From Escherichia coli (lineage in GTDB: Bacteria; Pseudomonadota; Gammaproteobacteria; Enterobacterales; Enterobacteriaceae), in the NCBI RefSeq assembly GCF_030384885.1, contig NZ_CP128613.1: a stretch of 64,000 nucleotides of DNA; one strand, given 5' to 3'. The number at the start of each line of letters is the position of its first letter. Positions within the stretch are counted from its first letter, which is position 1. Below the pieces are notes generated by a model that saw only the letters and a list, made by a program, of their open reading frames with translations, was not told where the DNA came from and did no database searches. Shown one piece after another: positions 38,504 through 54,122 of the stretch. A program made the translations under genes and the position numbers.

Positions 38504-38762
38504 GGCAGCTCCGTTAACGAAAAATAACATCTTCGCATAATCGATAACTTACGTCTGTGGGGTAGACAGCATTTCCCGTATCGTTAAAAAATTTAACTTA
38601 AAGTTACCGTTTTGTGACTCGTGACAAATATTCCCGCTTCGGGAATATTCCCAACATCAATTTACCATGATTCTGATATTGACAATCTAAATGACCTGTC
38701 AGACTTGCCATAAGCCGCTGGTATGACACCAGAAGAGAAGTAGATGACTTCCGGAGGTTTTT

Positions 38763-39071
38763 ATGGCTGATTTCACCCTGTCAAAATCGCTGTTTAGCGG
38801 AAAATATCGCAATGCCTCTTCTACGCCTGGCAACATTGCCTATGCGTTGTTTGTGCTGTTTTGCTTTTGGGCTGGGGCGCAATTGCTGAACCTGTTAGTG
38901 CATGCGCCCGGCGTCTATGAGCGTTTAATGCAGGCTCAGGAAACAGGCCGCCCACGGGTGGAAATTGGTTTAGGTGTCGGTACCATTTTCGGGCTGATCC
39001 CATTTTTAATTGGCTGCTTCATTTTTGCAGTGGTGGCGCTATGGCTGCACTGGCGACATCGCCGCCAGTAA
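38763..39071 (+). CDS. yaiY: Inner-membrane protein YaiY
   Basis: 102-aa ORF with GGAGG Shine-Dalgarno at 38753-38757; two predicted TM helices. Confidence 0.8.
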   Translation: MADFTLSKSLFSGKYRNASSTPGNIAYALFVLFCFWAGAQLLNLLVHAPGVYERLMQAQETGRPRVEIGLGVGTIFGLIPFLIGCFIFAVVALWLHWRHRRQ

Positions 39072-39128
39072 GAGTAGGTTGCCAGATGCGGCCTAAAATG
39101 CCTTATCTGGCCTGGCGTTCCCTCTTGC

Positions 39129-40223
39129 TTACTGTTTCATACAACGCGCCCGCCGTTCGTCTACGCGCTTCGCAAACCAGGCCGTAGTCAGATTGCGGGT
39201 AATTTTCGGGCTTTCCAGTTGGATGCCGGGCAACATTTCGCGGGGTAGTGATCTACCCGTTTTTGCTTCGGCAAGTTGATAAACTTCCTTGTACAGCGCC
39301 GTCTCCTCAAAAGAGAAGCTGTCCCCTTTCTCTAACTGACGGCGAATTTCGCTGTCGCTCATCCCCAGTTTGCTTGCCAGTTTGCGCGTTGCCAGCTCTG
39401 TTTTCCCTGGTTCTTTACTGTCGTAACGAATTAAATCACCGTCCAGCGCCAGCTTTATGCCAGTGGCCTTACTGACCGCGTTCTGAAAAGCGGCATTACG
39501 GCTGGCGTACCAGCCAGCGTTAAAATCGGCAAAACGGTATATCGGCGCGCTATAACTGGCGGGATAATTCAGTAAATGGTAAGTACCGAACCACAATCCG
39601 CCGCGGCGACTGAAGACTTCCTGACGGACTGTACCGTCCATTTTCCACGGATACCCTTTGGTATGCTGTTCGGCAAACGCAATGCTGACCTGCATCGGTC
39701 CACCGGTACGTACCGGATTAAGCGAACCAAACAGCGTCTGCCCCATTGGCACCATGCTGATCAAATCGTCAAAAATCGCGCTTAATTGCTTTTCTGTACG
39801 CACAGAATCTAACCGCTCACTATAACTTTTGCCGTTTGGCGATTTGATTTTTAGCGCGGTATGAACCAGAAAAGCAGGGATGTGCATCCGTTCGGCACGA
39901 CGGTCAATCTCTTGCCATGCTATCTTGCTTAAGCCCGGAACGGGCGGATCTGCCTGATAATTTGACTCCTGCTGCGCCACCGCCAGCACCGAGCAGACAT
40001 TTTCCAGCGTCGGTGCCAGCCCCTGACTTTCAAACGTGGTGGCAAGATCTTTCGCCCAGGCATCGCGGTCTTTCACGCTCGCGGGCATCTTCTGCCGCAC
40101 GACGCTCGCCACATCTATCGCTTTTTCGCCCTTTTTCAACGGTTGCGGAGCCTGACTACTACACCCTGCTAAAACCAGAACCGCCAACAACGAAAGCGAA
40201 GATAGATGATTGACGCGCGACAT
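39129..40223 (-). CDS. yaiW: Outer-membrane lipoprotein YaiW
   Basis: 364-aa ORF with lipobox LVLAGCSS; neighbour of sbmA. Confidence 0.88.
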   Translation of the reverse strand: MSRVNHLSSLSLLAVLVLAGCSSQAPQPLKKGEKAIDVASVVRQKMPASVKDRDAWAKDLATTFESQGLAPTLENVCSVLAVAQQESNYQADPPVPGLSKIAWQEIDRRAERMHIPAFLVHTALKIKSPNGKSYSERLDSVRTEKQLSAIFDDLISMVPMGQTLFGSLNPVRTGGPMQVSIAFAEQHTKGYPWKMDGTVRQEVFSRRGGLWFGTYHLLNYPASYSAPIYRFADFNAGWYASRNAAFQNAVSKATGIKLALDGDLIRYDSKEPGKTELATRKLASKLGMSDSEIRRQLEKGDSFSFEETALYKEVYQLAEAKTGRSLPREMLPGIQLESPKITRNLTTAWFAKRVDERRARCMKQ

Positions 40224-40235
40224 TACTTCTCCTTT

Positions 40236-41456
40236 TTAACTCAAGGTATGGGTTACTTCCTGAATTTTGTCACCATCCAGCTCATGTTCAAAGCTGCGCA
40301 GACGTTTGTAGATAGACATCAACTCAACCAGCGTGGTCCATGAGTTAATCAGGTACTGAAAAGCACCGCGAACCTGACCAAAAACGTTGGTAATCTGCGT
40401 CATCAGGCCGAGCGTAATCGTACCGGCAACAATCGACGGAAACAGCAAGAACAAACCGAAAACGTTATCGACCTGCAAATAGAGAATGCGGGCGATGTTG
40501 AAATACATATAGTGAAAATAGAGGCGGAAATAGTTTTTCCGCACGGCGCTAAACAGCTCGCGTACCGTAGGCGGCGTCGCGCGCGATGCATCGTCTTCAC
40601 CATAAACCAACTCTTTACGGTAGGCAGCCTCTACACGCTGATTTTTAAACTCCAGTCCCGGCAGTTTGATCCCTACCACTGCCAGCAATCCGGTCCCCAT
40701 CAACGACCATACGATAGCAGCAATCACCAGACCATACGGAATATGCCCGACAATCGGCAGCTCCGGCACATGCGCAGAGAGCGTTACCAGTACCGGCAGG
40801 AAGGCGATCAACGTCATGATAGCGTTGATAAAACTGACGCCCATATTCTCAAGCGTTGAAGCAAAACGCATGGTGTCTTCCTGCACACGCTGGGCGGCAC
40901 CTTCGATATGACGCAGTTGTTGCCAGTTCGCCATGTAATATTCGTTCATCGCCGTACGCCAGCGGAACACGTAGTGACTGACAAAGAAGTTGTTCAGCAC
41001 ACTGATCACCACCGCGATCAGCGCAATCCCCAGAAAGACGCCCACTTCGCGGTAAAATTGTTCGATAGTGACTTTATGCGGCGAACTTAGCGCAGTTTGA
41101 ATCAGATCATAAAACGGCGCATACCAGGCGTTGACGGCAACTCCAACTTCCACCAAAAACCAGGTGACGAAGATAATCAACGCAGTACCGAGTATTGACC
41201 AGTATTGCCAACGATGCGGGCTATAAATAAACCAGAACAGTGCAAAAAGCCCTACGCAAACAATGTAGTAAGCGTAAAAAATCAGGAAATCTAACGACCA
41301 GAAACGCGCGGCGCTAATTGGGATCTGCCCGGAAGCTCCGGTGATGCGCGCCACCCAATCCCCCCCACCGGCTTGCCAGAAGATAACGGCAATCAATGCC
41401 CAAACAAAGGCCGAGAGAAAAAACGTTCCCGGCTTTGGGAAAAAAGACTTAAACAT
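40236..41456 (-). CDS. sbmA: Peptide antibiotic / microcin transporter SbmA
   Basis: 406 aa from ATG 41454-41456, [24 protein letters not shown]... Confidence 0.93.
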   Translation of the reverse strand: MFKSFFPKPGTFFLSAFVWALIAVIFWQAGGGDWVARITGASGQIPISAARFWSLDFLIFYAYYIVCVGLFALFWFIYSPHRWQYWSILGTALIIFVTWFLVEVGVAVNAWYAPFYDLIQTALSSPHKVTIEQFYREVGVFLGIALIAVVISVLNNFFVSHYVFRWRTAMNEYYMANWQQLRHIEGAAQRVQEDTMRFASTLENMGVSFINAIMTLIAFLPVLVTLSAHVPELPIVGHIPYGLVIAAIVWSLMGTGLLAVVGIKLPGLEFKNQRVEAAYRKELVYGEDDASRATPPTVRELFSAVRKNYFRLYFHYMYFNIARILYLQVDNVFGLFLLFPSIVAGTITLGLMTQITNVFGQVRGAFQYLINSWTTLVELMSIYKRLRSFEHELDGDKIQEVTHTLS

Positions 41457-41807
41457 ATGCACTCCTGCTAACTTCTTATCGTTTTAACAACTGCTGTGTA
41501 TTAACCGCATGACCGCTACAAAGAATCAGCCAAATGAAACTGCCCATTGTGACCCATAGCAAGGCGCATAGTTCGCCAGCCTGACCATAAGAATTGTTTC
41601 GACGGATTTCACAAACCAAAGATTATTTACATTAGCGGATTAACACGCGCAGGATCACAAATGCAGGCATTGGTGAGCAGGAAAAAGATCGTGTTTACGC
41701 GCCGTTACGTTTTTAACACTATTATTGCACTAATTCGCCCTTTGCAATCCATCAATGAGTAGTATAAATACGCTCAGTTACCTTCATTCAATCTATGGAC
41801 ACCACCG

Positions 41808-42965
41808 TTGAAACGTAGTCTGCTTTTTTCTGCCGTGCTTTGTGCGGCGTTATTGACCCCCGTCCATGCGGCGCAGCCGATCACTGAACCGGAGTTCGCC
41901 TCTGATATTGTCGATCGTTATGCCGATCATATTTTTTATGGCAGTGGTGCCACGGGGATGGCGCTGGTTGTTATCGACGGTAACCAGCGCGTCTTTCGCA
42001 GTTATGGCGAAACGCGCCCGGGTAATAACGTTCGCCCGCAGCTGGATTCGGTCGTGCGTATTGCTTCGCTCACCAAGCTAATGACCAGTGAGTTGCTGGT
42101 GAAATTGCTCGACCAGGGGACCGTGAAGTTAAACGATCCGCTAAGTAAATATGCTCCACCAGGCGCACGCGTGCCGACTTACAATGGCACGCCTATTACC
42201 CTGGTGAATCTGGCAACCCATACCAGTGCCCTGCCCCGTGAACAGCCGGGAGGTGCGGCACATCGCCCAGTGTTTGTCTGGCCAACGCGCGAGCAACGCT
42301 GGAAATACCTTTCTACGGCGAAGCTGAAAGCCGCGCCAGGCAGTCAGGCGGCATACTCTAACCTTGCGTTCGACCTGCTGGCAGATGCACTGGCGAATGC
42401 TTCTGGCAAGCCTTATACCCAGTTGTTTGAAGAGCAGATTACCCGTCCGTTGGGGATGAAAGACACGACCTATACTCCATCGCCGGACCAGTGCCGCCGT
42501 TTAATGGTTGCAGAGCGCGGTGCCAGTCCATGCAATAACACGCTGGCGGCAATTGGCAGCGGCGGAGTCTATTCCACGCCTGGCGATATGATGCGCTGGA
42601 TGCAGCAGTATTTGTCATCTGATTTTTATCAGCGCAGTAACCAGGCAGATCGCATGCAGACGTTGATTTATCAGCGAGCGCAGTTTACAAAAGTGATTGG
42701 CATGGATGTCCCCGGCAAAGCGGATGCGCTTGGTTTAGGCTGGGTATATATGGCCCCGAAAGAGGGTCGTCCAGGGATTATTCAGAAGACAGGTGGTGGT
42801 GGCGGTTTCATTACCTATATGGCGATGATCCCGCAGAAGAATATTGGCGCATTTGTGGTGGTCACTCGTTCGCCATTGACGCGCTTTAAAAATATGAGCG
42901 ATGGCATCAATGACCTGGTGACCGAACTGAGCGGGAATAAACCGTTGGTCATCCCCGCGTCCTGA
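41808..42965 (+). CDS. ampH: Penicillin-binding protein AmpH (class C beta-lactamase fold)
   Basis: 385-aa ORF with signal peptide and SxxK motif IASLTK; first codon reads TTG. Confidence 0.92.
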   Translation: MKRSLLFSAVLCAALLTPVHAAQPITEPEFASDIVDRYADHIFYGSGATGMALVVIDGNQRVFRSYGETRPGNNVRPQLDSVVRIASLTKLMTSELLVKLLDQGTVKLNDPLSKYAPPGARVPTYNGTPITLVNLATHTSALPREQPGGAAHRPVFVWPTREQRWKYLSTAKLKAAPGSQAAYSNLAFDLLADALANASGKPYTQLFEEQITRPLGMKDTTYTPSPDQCRRLMVAERGASPCNNTLAAIGSGGVYSTPGDMMRWMQQYLSSDFYQRSNQADRMQTLIYQRAQFTKVIGMDVPGKADALGLGWVYMAPKEGRPGIIQKTGGGGGFITYMAMIPQKNIGAFVVVTRSPLTRFKNMSDGINDLVTELSGNKPLVIPAS

Positions 42966-43652
<687 letters not shown>

Positions 43653-43653
43653 T

Positions 43654-46623
<2,970 letters not shown>

Positions 46624-47148
46624 TTGTCATCCCTCCTCAGGGACGTAATAAGTTGATCCATCAATTATCAATGCATAGAAAACATCTTATGTTTCGCGTT
46701 GACGATTATGCGGCGTTATAGAGGAATGGTTCAATTATTCTTTCCCCGAAGTCCGGTTACGGACATATATAAAGCACGGAGAAACACACAAAGAAAAAAT
46801 TGATGAAATCCTAATTTTTCAACAAGTTAACAGGAGTTCCATTTTTAAAGCATATGCATTTAAAATATCAAACACACAAACCAGACAAATAATCTATCAA
46901 TAACCAATGAACTTTAAATCATTCTGTTTTTGATAACGCAATCAAATCCGTAAAAACAATAATCTATAGCTATAAATAAAAATTAAAAATATTTTCAATG
47001 AATATAAATTTATTGCTATTTCTATTACAAAGATGTCCTGACCTCTCATTCATTCTCTTCTTGTCAACATCGCGACAACTTTCGTAAAACATCCCCACCC
47101 TGCTTCAGGTATACTATGCCCCTCGATTCCACAAACATCAGGCAGACC

Positions 47149-48123
47149 ATGACAGATTTAATCCAACGCCCTCGTCGCCTGCGCAAATCTCCTGCGCTGC
47201 GCGCTATGTTTGAAGAGACAACACTTAGCCTTAACGACCTGGTGTTGCCGATCTTTGTTGAAGAAGAAATTGACGACTACAAAGCCGTTGAAGCCATGCC
47301 AGGCGTGATGCGCATTCCAGAGAAACATCTGGCACGCGAAATTGAACGCATCGCCAACGCCGGTATTCGTTCCGTGATGACTTTCGGCATCTCTCACCAT
47401 ACCGATGAAACCGGCAGCGATGCCTGGCGGGAAGATGGTCTGGTGGCGCGTATGTCGCGCATCTGCAAGCAGACCGTGCCAGAAATGATCGTTATGTCAG
47501 ACACCTGCTTCTGTGAATACACATCTCACGGTCACTGCGGTGTGCTGTGCGAGCATGGCGTGGACAACGACGCGACCCTGGAAAATTTAGGCAAGCAGGC
47601 CGTGGTTGCAGCTGCTGCAGGTGCAGACTTCATCGCCCCTTCCGCCGCAATGGATGGCCAGGTACAAGCGATTCGCCAGGCGCTGGACGCTGCGGGCTTT
47701 AAAGATACGGCGATCATGTCGTATTCGACCAAGTTCGCCTCTTCCTTTTATGGTCCGTTCCGTGAAGCTGCCGGAAGCGCATTAAAAGGCGACCGCAAAA
47801 GTTATCAGATGAACCCAATGAACCGTCGCGAGGCGATTCGTGAGTCACTGCTGGATGAAGCCCAGGGCGCAGACTGCCTGATGGTTAAACCAGCCGGAGC
47901 GTACCTCGACATCGTGCGTGAGCTGCGTGAGCGTACTGAATTGCCGATTGGTGCGTATCAGGTGAGCGGTGAGTACGCGATGATTAAGTTCGCCGCGCTG
48001 GCGGGTGCTATAGATGAAGAGAAAGTCGTGCTCGAAAGCTTAGGTTCAATTAAGCGTGCGGGTGCGGATCTGATTTTCAGCTACTTTGCGCTGGATCTGG
48101 CTGAGAAGAAGATTCTGCGTTAA
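47149..48123 (+). CDS. hemB: Porphobilinogen synthase
   Basis: 324 aa from ATG 47149, [37 protein letters not shown]... Confidence 0.95.
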
Positions 48124-48162
48124 TGATCATTATGCCGGGTTATCCAACCCGGCATTTCCCCT

Positions 48163-49014
48163 TTACCCCGCCCGATAAAACGGAATATCCCCAAGAATCG
48201 TCGCCCGATGCATAATCCGCCGCTGTGGCAGGTAATCCGCATTGGCATAGTGCTGAGTCACTCGGTTATCCCAAATCGCAATATCATTCGGTTGCCAGCG
48301 CCAGCGCACCTGAAACTCCGGTTTAGTGATATGGGCAAACAAAAAACCTAACAAGGCTTCGCTCTCTTTCTCGCTGACGTCAACAATTCGCGTAGTAAAG
48401 CCTTCGTTCACAAACAGCGCCTGTTTACCGGTCACCGGATGCGTTCGCACAACCGGATGGAGTAACGGTGGATTTTTCGCGACCGCCTCGTGCCAGCGTT
48501 GATGCTCCTCCTCGGTTTTGCGGTACTTGTATTCCGGGAACGATTTACGGAAATCATGCTCCGCACATAACCCGCTCAATAGTTGACGGAAGGGAACTGA
48601 GAGCGCCTCATAGGCCGCAATACCGCTGCTCCATAGCGTATCGCCGCCGGTCGAGGGTAACTCTTTCGCCGCCAGAATCGCCCCTGCGGGTGGCGTTTCA
48701 ATAAATGTCACATCGGTGTGCCAGTTATCGTTATCCGGCGGATTATCGTTATGAGTATCCAGTACGATAATCTCGTCAACCCCTTCGGCATGAGGGTAAA
48801 CAGGATGAATATGCAGTTCGCCAAAACGTTGGGCCAGCGCGCGTTGCTGCTGCGGCGTAATGGCCTGTTCACGCAGAAACACCACCTGATGACGCAGTAC
48901 CGCATGGTAAAGCTGTTCAAACTGGTTATCACTTAACGGGCGCGTCAGGTCGACACCCGTAATTTGTGCGCCAATATACGGCCCCAGCGGGGTAATGCTC
49001 AGACGTTCACTCAT
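48163..49014 (-). CDS. tauD: Taurine dioxygenase
   Basis: 283-aa [30 protein letters not shown]... with H-x-D iron motif WHTDVTF. Confidence 0.95.
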   Translation of the reverse strand: MSERLSITPLGPYIGAQITGVDLTRPLSDNQFEQLYHAVLRHQVVFLREQAITPQQQRALAQRFGELHIHPVYPHAEGVDEIIVLDTHNDNPPDNDNWHTDVTFIETPPAGAILAAKELPSTGGDTLWSSGIAAYEALSVPFRQLLSGLCAEHDFRKSFPEYKYRKTEEEHQRWHEAVAKNPPLLHPVVRTHPVTGKQALFVNEGFTTRIVDVSEKESEALLGFLFAHITKPEFQVRWRWQPNDIAIWDNRVTQHYANADYLPQRRIMHRATILGDIPFYRAG

Positions 49015-49838
49015 TGTACTTCTCCATGCCAGGGCGTCAGGCGGCGCTGTAACGCGCGCAGACCCAGTTCTAAAAGAAAGGCGATACTCGCAATCACCGC
49101 GATCCCCGCCAGCACCACGTCAGTCGCGAGAAATTCACCCGCTGACTGGACCATAAAACCCAAACCGCGCGTCGCGGCAATCAACTCCGCCGCCACCAGG
49201 GTAGACCAGCCCACACCCAGACCAATGCGTAATCCGGTGAGAATTTCCGGCAGCGCACCGGGCAAAATAACAAACCACAGTACCTGTGTGCGGCTGGCCC
49301 CCAGCGACTGAGCGGCACGAATGCGAACCTGCTGCGCGCTTTTCACCCCCGCCAGCGCCGACATCGCCACAGGTGCAAAAATCGCTAAATAGATCAGTAA
49401 GATCTTCGAGGTTTCACCAATACCAAACCAGATCACCATCAGCGGCAAATACGCCAGCGGCGGCACCGGGCGATACAATTCAATTATCGGATCCAGAATG
49501 CCGCGCACCGTCGGGCTTAGTCCCATGGCGATCCCAACCGGAATGCCGATCAACACCGCCGCAAGTAGCGCCAGCACAATGCGCGTCAGGCTGGCTGCCA
49601 GATGTTGCCACAGGGTGGCGTCCATAAATCCTTGAGGTCCGGCAATAGTGAGCAGTTTTGCCAGTACCTGTTGCGGCGGCGGCAGAAACAGCGGGCTAAT
49701 CAGTTGCAGGGCCGCCACCGCCCACCATACAGTGAGTAAAACCGCTAACGTGCCAATGCTTAAGGTCACCTGACGCGAGAGCGGCCAGCGCCATTTCAGC
49801 CGATGCGAATGCAGTTTTTCATTAATGAGCACACTCAT
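49011..49838 (-). CDS. tauC: Taurine ABC transporter permease
   Basis: 275-aa membrane ORF; 4-nt overlap with both tauD and tauB. Confidence 0.93.
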   Translation of the reverse strand: MSVLINEKLHSHRLKWRWPLSRQVTLSIGTLAVLLTVWWAVAALQLISPLFLPPPQQVLAKLLTIAGPQGFMDATLWQHLAASLTRIVLALLAAVLIGIPVGIAMGLSPTVRGILDPIIELYRPVPPLAYLPLMVIWFGIGETSKILLIYLAIFAPVAMSALAGVKSAQQVRIRAAQSLGASRTQVLWFVILPGALPEILTGLRIGLGVGWSTLVAAELIAATRGLGFMVQSAGEFLATDVVLAGIAVIASIAFLLELGLRALQRRLTPWHGEVQ

Positions 49839-50602
49839 GAGAACGCCTCCCGTTGCTCAAATACGCGGCTTAAAACATATTCGCGCATGGCGATGAATTG
49901 TGGATCGGACTTGATGCTGCGGCTCGGTTCCCCGGCAACAAAGCGGCGGGCGAAGTTGAGCGGCAGCCGTTCCAACACACGGCCAGGGCCGGGTGAAAGC
50001 AGTACCAGCTCAGTCGCCATAAACACCGCTTCTTCTATATCGTGGGTAATCAACAGCACCTGCTTGCCCGTCTCCTGCCAGAGTTTCAGCAGCAGGGTTT
50101 GCATCTGGTCGCGGGTGAAGGCGTCCAGCGCGCCAAACGCTTCGTCGAGTAATAACAGCTGGGGATTTGCCGCCAGCGCGCGGGCAATCCCTACCCGCTG
50201 ACGTTGACCGCCGGAAAGCTGCCAGATATAGCGTTTTTCTGCGCCTTCTAGCCCCACTTTTTTCAGCATCTGGTGCGCGATTTCCAGGCGCTGTACTTTC
50301 TCTACACCTGCCAGTTGCAGGCCGAATGCCACGTTGTCTACCACATTACGCCACGGCAACAGCCCTTCATTCTGAAAAACCACGCCCCGCTCTGCGCCCG
50401 ATCCCTCAATGCACTTACCCGCCAGTTGAATGCTGCCATGCTGATAAGGCACAAAACCGGCAATCAGATTCAGCAAGGTGGTTTTGCCGCAGCCAGACGG
50501 TCCCAGAACCACCAGAAGCTCGCCGCTTTCCAGCGTCAGGTTGATATCTTCCAACGCCGGTTTGCCGCCATAATCGGCGTAAAGATGAGAGATTTGCAGC
50601 AT
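49835..50602 (-). CDS. tauB: Taurine ABC transporter ATPase
   Basis: 255-aa ORF with Walker [10 protein letters not shown] and signature LSGGQRQRV. Confidence 0.94.
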   Translation of the reverse strand: MLQISHLYADYGGKPALEDINLTLESGELLVVLGPSGCGKTTLLNLIAGFVPYQHGSIQLAGKCIEGSGAERGVVFQNEGLLPWRNVVDNVAFGLQLAGVEKVQRLEIAHQMLKKVGLEGAEKRYIWQLSGGQRQRVGIARALAANPQLLLLDEAFGALDAFTRDQMQTLLLKLWQETGKQVLLITHDIEEAVFMATELVLLSPGPGRVLERLPLNFARRFVAGEPSRSIKSDPQFIAMREYVLSRVFEQREAFS

Positions 50603-50614
50603 CTGCGCCTCCTT

Positions 50615-51577
50615 TTATTGCACGAAGCGCGAGGTCACGTACTGGCTGTAATCATTCGCCACGGCAGGGACTTTGCCCTGATCTTTCAAAAACTGCGCGG
50701 TATCGATGATCGCTTTATTCACCGGTCCGGTCAGTTCTGCCGTTTGTTGCTGCGGCGTCAGATAGGTATTCCCCTTCACCAGCCCCGGAACGTCACCTTC
50801 CGGCACGCCGCTTAAACGCGCCAGCTTGCTGATGTTTTCCGGCTGTTTCAGCCACGCGTCTGGGTTAGCAATGTACGGTTGCTGAGCATCGATGGCGCTT
50901 TTAGCGAACGCTTTCACGACTTCAGGATGTTTCTCGGCAAAATCTTTGCGCACTACCCAGACGTCCAGTGTCGGCGCGCCCCACTGCCCGACCTGTTCAG
51001 AATCGGTCAGCACCTTGCCATCTTTTTCCAGGGCGTTAACCGCCGGTGCCCAGACATAAGCACCATCAATGTCTTCCCGCTGCCAGGCGGCGATAATCGC
51101 AGGCGGCTGCAGGTTCACAATCTCCACTTGCCCGGGTTTAATGCCCCAGTGTTTCAGCGCCGCCAGCAAGCTGTAATGCGTGGTGGAGATAAACGGTACG
51201 GCAATGCGTTTGCCAATGAGATCTTCGGGTTTGCTGATGGTTTTCTTCACCACCAGCGCTTCGGAGTTACCCAGTTTTGACGCCAGCAAGAAGACCTCAA
51301 TCGGCACCTGTTGGCTGGCTGCAACCGCTAATGGGCTGGAACCGAGGTTGCCGATTTGCACATCGCCAGAAGCCAGTGCCCGCACGATGCTGGCCCCGCT
51401 GTCAAACTTACGCCAGTCCACGGTCGCCCCGCTCTCTTTAGCAAAGGTGTTATCAGCCTGAGCCACTTTCGCCGGTTCAGCGGAGGTTTGATAGGCCACA
51501 GTGACGTTCACCGCCTGTGCCTGAAAAGCGATGAATGCCAGTGCGGCAAGAAGTGTGTTACGCGATGAAATTGCCAT
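50615..51577 (-). CDS. tauA: Taurine ABC transporter periplasmic binding protein
   Basis: 320-aa ORF with signal peptide MAISSRNTLLAALAFIAFQAQA. Confidence 0.94.
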   Translation of the reverse strand: MAISSRNTLLAALAFIAFQAQAVNVTVAYQTSAEPAKVAQADNTFAKESGATVDWRKFDSGASIVRALASGDVQIGNLGSSPLAVAASQQVPIEVFLLASKLGNSEALVVKKTISKPEDLIGKRIAVPFISTTHYSLLAALKHWGIKPGQVEIVNLQPPAIIAAWQREDIDGAYVWAPAVNALEKDGKVLTDSEQVGQWGAPTLDVWVVRKDFAEKHPEVVKAFAKSAIDAQQPYIANPDAWLKQPENISKLARLSGVPEGDVPGLVKGNTYLTPQQQTAELTGPVNKAIIDTAQFLKDQGKVPAVANDYSQYVTSRFVQ

Positions 51578-51879
51578 GATTGTCTGCTCCCCTGTCTTGT
51601 TATGGGAGCAGTATTTCGTTGCTGGTCAGTTTGATAAAGGAATTAAAACGTCTTGTTAAGAACAAAGCGTTTTTAGAAAAAAACTGGCAATGGTTAGCGA
51701 GTTTACGCATTTTGCAGCTTGGGCGAATGTAGCATGCCGATTCACAAACCAGATCAGATGTTCGCTCTCCGGCAAATTATTGCCATTTTGTTACATCCAT
51801 TCCATATCTGTCGCTGGTTGATTGCCAGCGACGCGCCGTGATGCATGATAGGAGAATGAGATAATAAGAGAAGAAAAGT

Positions 51880-52509
51880 ATGATTAGGGTTGTGCTGGTG
51901 GATGACCATGTGGTGGTGCGCTCTGGCTTCGCACAATTACTCTCTCTGGAAGACGATCTGGAGGTCATTGGTCAGTACAGTTGTGCCGCGCAGGCATGGT
52001 CGGCATTAACTCATAATGACGTTAATGTTGCCGTCATTGATATCGCCATGCCGGACGAAAATGGCCTCAGTCTGCTTAAGCGTCTGCGTGCACAAAAACC
52101 GCAATTCCGCGCCATTATTCTTAGCATTTATGACACGCCAACCTTTGTACAAAGCGCTCTGGATGCTGGTGCCAGCGGCTATTTGACCAAACGCTGTGGG
52201 CCGGAAGAGTTAGTGCAGGCGGTGCGCTCGGTCGGGATGGGCGGGCATTATCTCTGCGCCGATGCAATTCGGGCTTTACGCGGCGGCGAGCAACCCGCCC
52301 AGGCGCTGGAAATTCTCACCCCACGAGAACGTGAAGTGTTTGATTTATTAGTCAAAGGCGACAGTGTAAAAGAGATCGCCTTTAAGCTCGAACTCAGCCA
52401 TAAAACGGTACATGTACATCGCGCCAACGTGCTGGGAAAACTGAACTGTCATAGCACCATTGAGCTGGTGCATTTTGCACTCAATCACCATCTGCTGGCG
52501 GGGCATTAA
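51880..52509 (+). CDS. NarL/FixJ-family response regulator, UhpA-like
   Basis: 209-aa ORF MIRVVLVDDHVVVRSGFAQLL... plus C-terminal LuxR helix-turn-helix (KTVHVHRANVLGKL); closely resembles UhpA as I recall it. Confidence 0.85.
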   Translation: MIRVVLVDDHVVVRSGFAQLLSLEDDLEVIGQYSCAAQAWSALTHNDVNVAVIDIAMPDENGLSLLKRLRAQKPQFRAIILSIYDTPTFVQSALDAGASGYLTKRCGPEELVQAVRSVGMGGHYLCADAIRALRGGEQPAQALEILTPREREVFDLLVKGDSVKEIAFKLELSHKTVHVHRANVLGKLNCHSTIELVHFALNHHLLAGH

Positions 52510-54050
52510 TGTCGCGTAACCTTCGTCATTGGGTGATTTCGCTGTTTATTGTGCTGGCCTGGGGAAGCGGCTGGCTGATGTTGTGGACGCTCAGCTTTTA
52601 TCTGACCAATAACGGTCAACAGGCAGTGTTATTTCTGCCGCACGGAGTTTACCTCGCTCTTCTTATTTTGCTCTCTCGCCGTTACTGGCCTGCGTTGGTG
52701 CTCCCCCCTTTGCTGATGATGTTCTGGCTGCACAGCGAGCAACTGTTGAACGGCTATCTCATGCTGGCAACGCCGGTTATTAGCCTGCTTCCTGCCATCC
52801 TTGCACAAAACGTCTGGCACCGTTTTCCACTTTACTGGCAGCGTCTGACGTTGCTGCTAGCCTCAGTAACAGCAGCTTCATTGCTGAATACAGCCATGCT
52901 AACCCCTTTTATGTCAGGCCCAATAATGCTGCCCGGTCTGACCTCATTTACCGGCGGCGTATTGTTGACGCCGTTTGTCTATCTCATCTTTGAGTTTCTG
53001 CGCCAGCAGCATCGCTATCAGCTTCTGAGACTCGATACGCATAATCCCCCCTTGCGAACCTCTTTAATCATCTGGTGTAGCCTATTTTTTATTATTGGTA
53101 TCGGCACCCAGATGGTGTTGTCGCCTGAAATCGAACGCCTGCTGCTGATCGTGGTATTTCTACCCAATGTGGTCATGGCCTGGAAATTTGGCTGGCAAGG
53201 TGGCGTACTCTCGGGGCTTTTGGGCAGCATGATGATCACTATTGCCCGCCAGATTGGCGTGGGCTTTAGTAACCTGGTGGAACTGGAGATTTTTCTCGCA
53301 ACCCAGGCATTGCTGGGAATTGGCCTGGGCATTGCCATCAGTCGCCAGCAACATCTGGCGCTAAACCTGCATCATTACCGTCAGCGACTGGAGGCAGAAC
53401 TGGCAGCACGGCGGGCATTGGCTGAAAAGCTGATCCACACCGAGGAAGACACGCGTAAAAGCCTGGCTCGCGAGCTGCACGACGAAATCGGTCAGAACAT
53501 TACCGCCATTCAGATCCAGTCGCAACTGGTGACGCGGGCACGCGATCCGGCGCAAGTTCATTCCGCAGCTAGCCAAATCAACGAACTCGCCCGCCGCATT
53601 CATCTCTCCACCCGCCAGTTGCTGCGCCAGTTGCGGCCACCCGCGCTTGATGAACTGACATTCCGCGAAGCATTACTTCATCTGATTAATGAATTTGCCT
53701 TTAGTGAACGCGGCATTCATTGCCAGTTTACCTATCAACTAACCACCACGCCAGAAAACGAAACGGTTCGCTTTACACTGTATCGGTTATTGCAGGAGTT
53801 ACTCAATAACGTCTGTAAACACGCCGAAGCCAGCGAAGTGACGATTATTCTGCGCCAGCAGGGAGAGATATTGCACCTGGAGGTCAGCGACAACGGTATA
53901 GGAATCGCCAGCGGGAAAATGACCGGATTTGGCATTCAGGGGATGCGTGAACGCGTCAGTGCCCTGGGCGGCGACTTAACGCTCGAAAAACATAACGGTA
54001 CGCGAGTAATTGTTAACCTGCCCACATTTTTGCAACAAATCGCCGGATAA
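52509..54050 (+). CDS. Sensor histidine kinase, UhpB-like
   Basis: 513-aa ORF: multi-TM N-terminal domain, H-box ELHDEIGQ (HisKA_3 type), C-terminal ATPase; start overlaps the regulator stop (TAATG). Confidence 0.85.
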   Translation: MSRNLRHWVISLFIVLAWGSGWLMLWTLSFYLTNNGQQAVLFLPHGVYLALLILLSRRYWPALVLPPLLMMFWLHSEQLLNGYLMLATPVISLLPAILAQNVWHRFPLYWQRLTLLLASVTAASLLNTAMLTPFMSGPIMLPGLTSFTGGVLLTPFVYLIFEFLRQQHRYQLLRLDTHNPPLRTSLIIWCSLFFIIGIGTQMVLSPEIERLLLIVVFLPNVVMAWKFGWQGGVLSGLLGSMMITIARQIGVGFSNLVELEIFLATQALLGIGLGIAISRQQHLALNLHHYRQRLEAELAARRALAEKLIHTEEDTRKSLARELHDEIGQNITAIQIQSQLVTRARDPAQVHSAASQINELARRIHLSTRQLLRQLRPPALDELTFREALLHLINEFAFSERGIHCQFTYQLTTTPENETVRFTLYRLLQELLNNVCKHAEASEVTIILRQQGEILHLEVSDNGIGIASGKMTGFGIQGMRERVSALGGDLTLEKHNGTRVIVNLPTFLQQIAG

Positions 54051-54122
54051 CCAGGAAAAAGTCTTAGGCATCCCGGATTTTCTCTCATCCTCTTTCACTT
54101 TCATTTTCATATAGTCAGCAAC

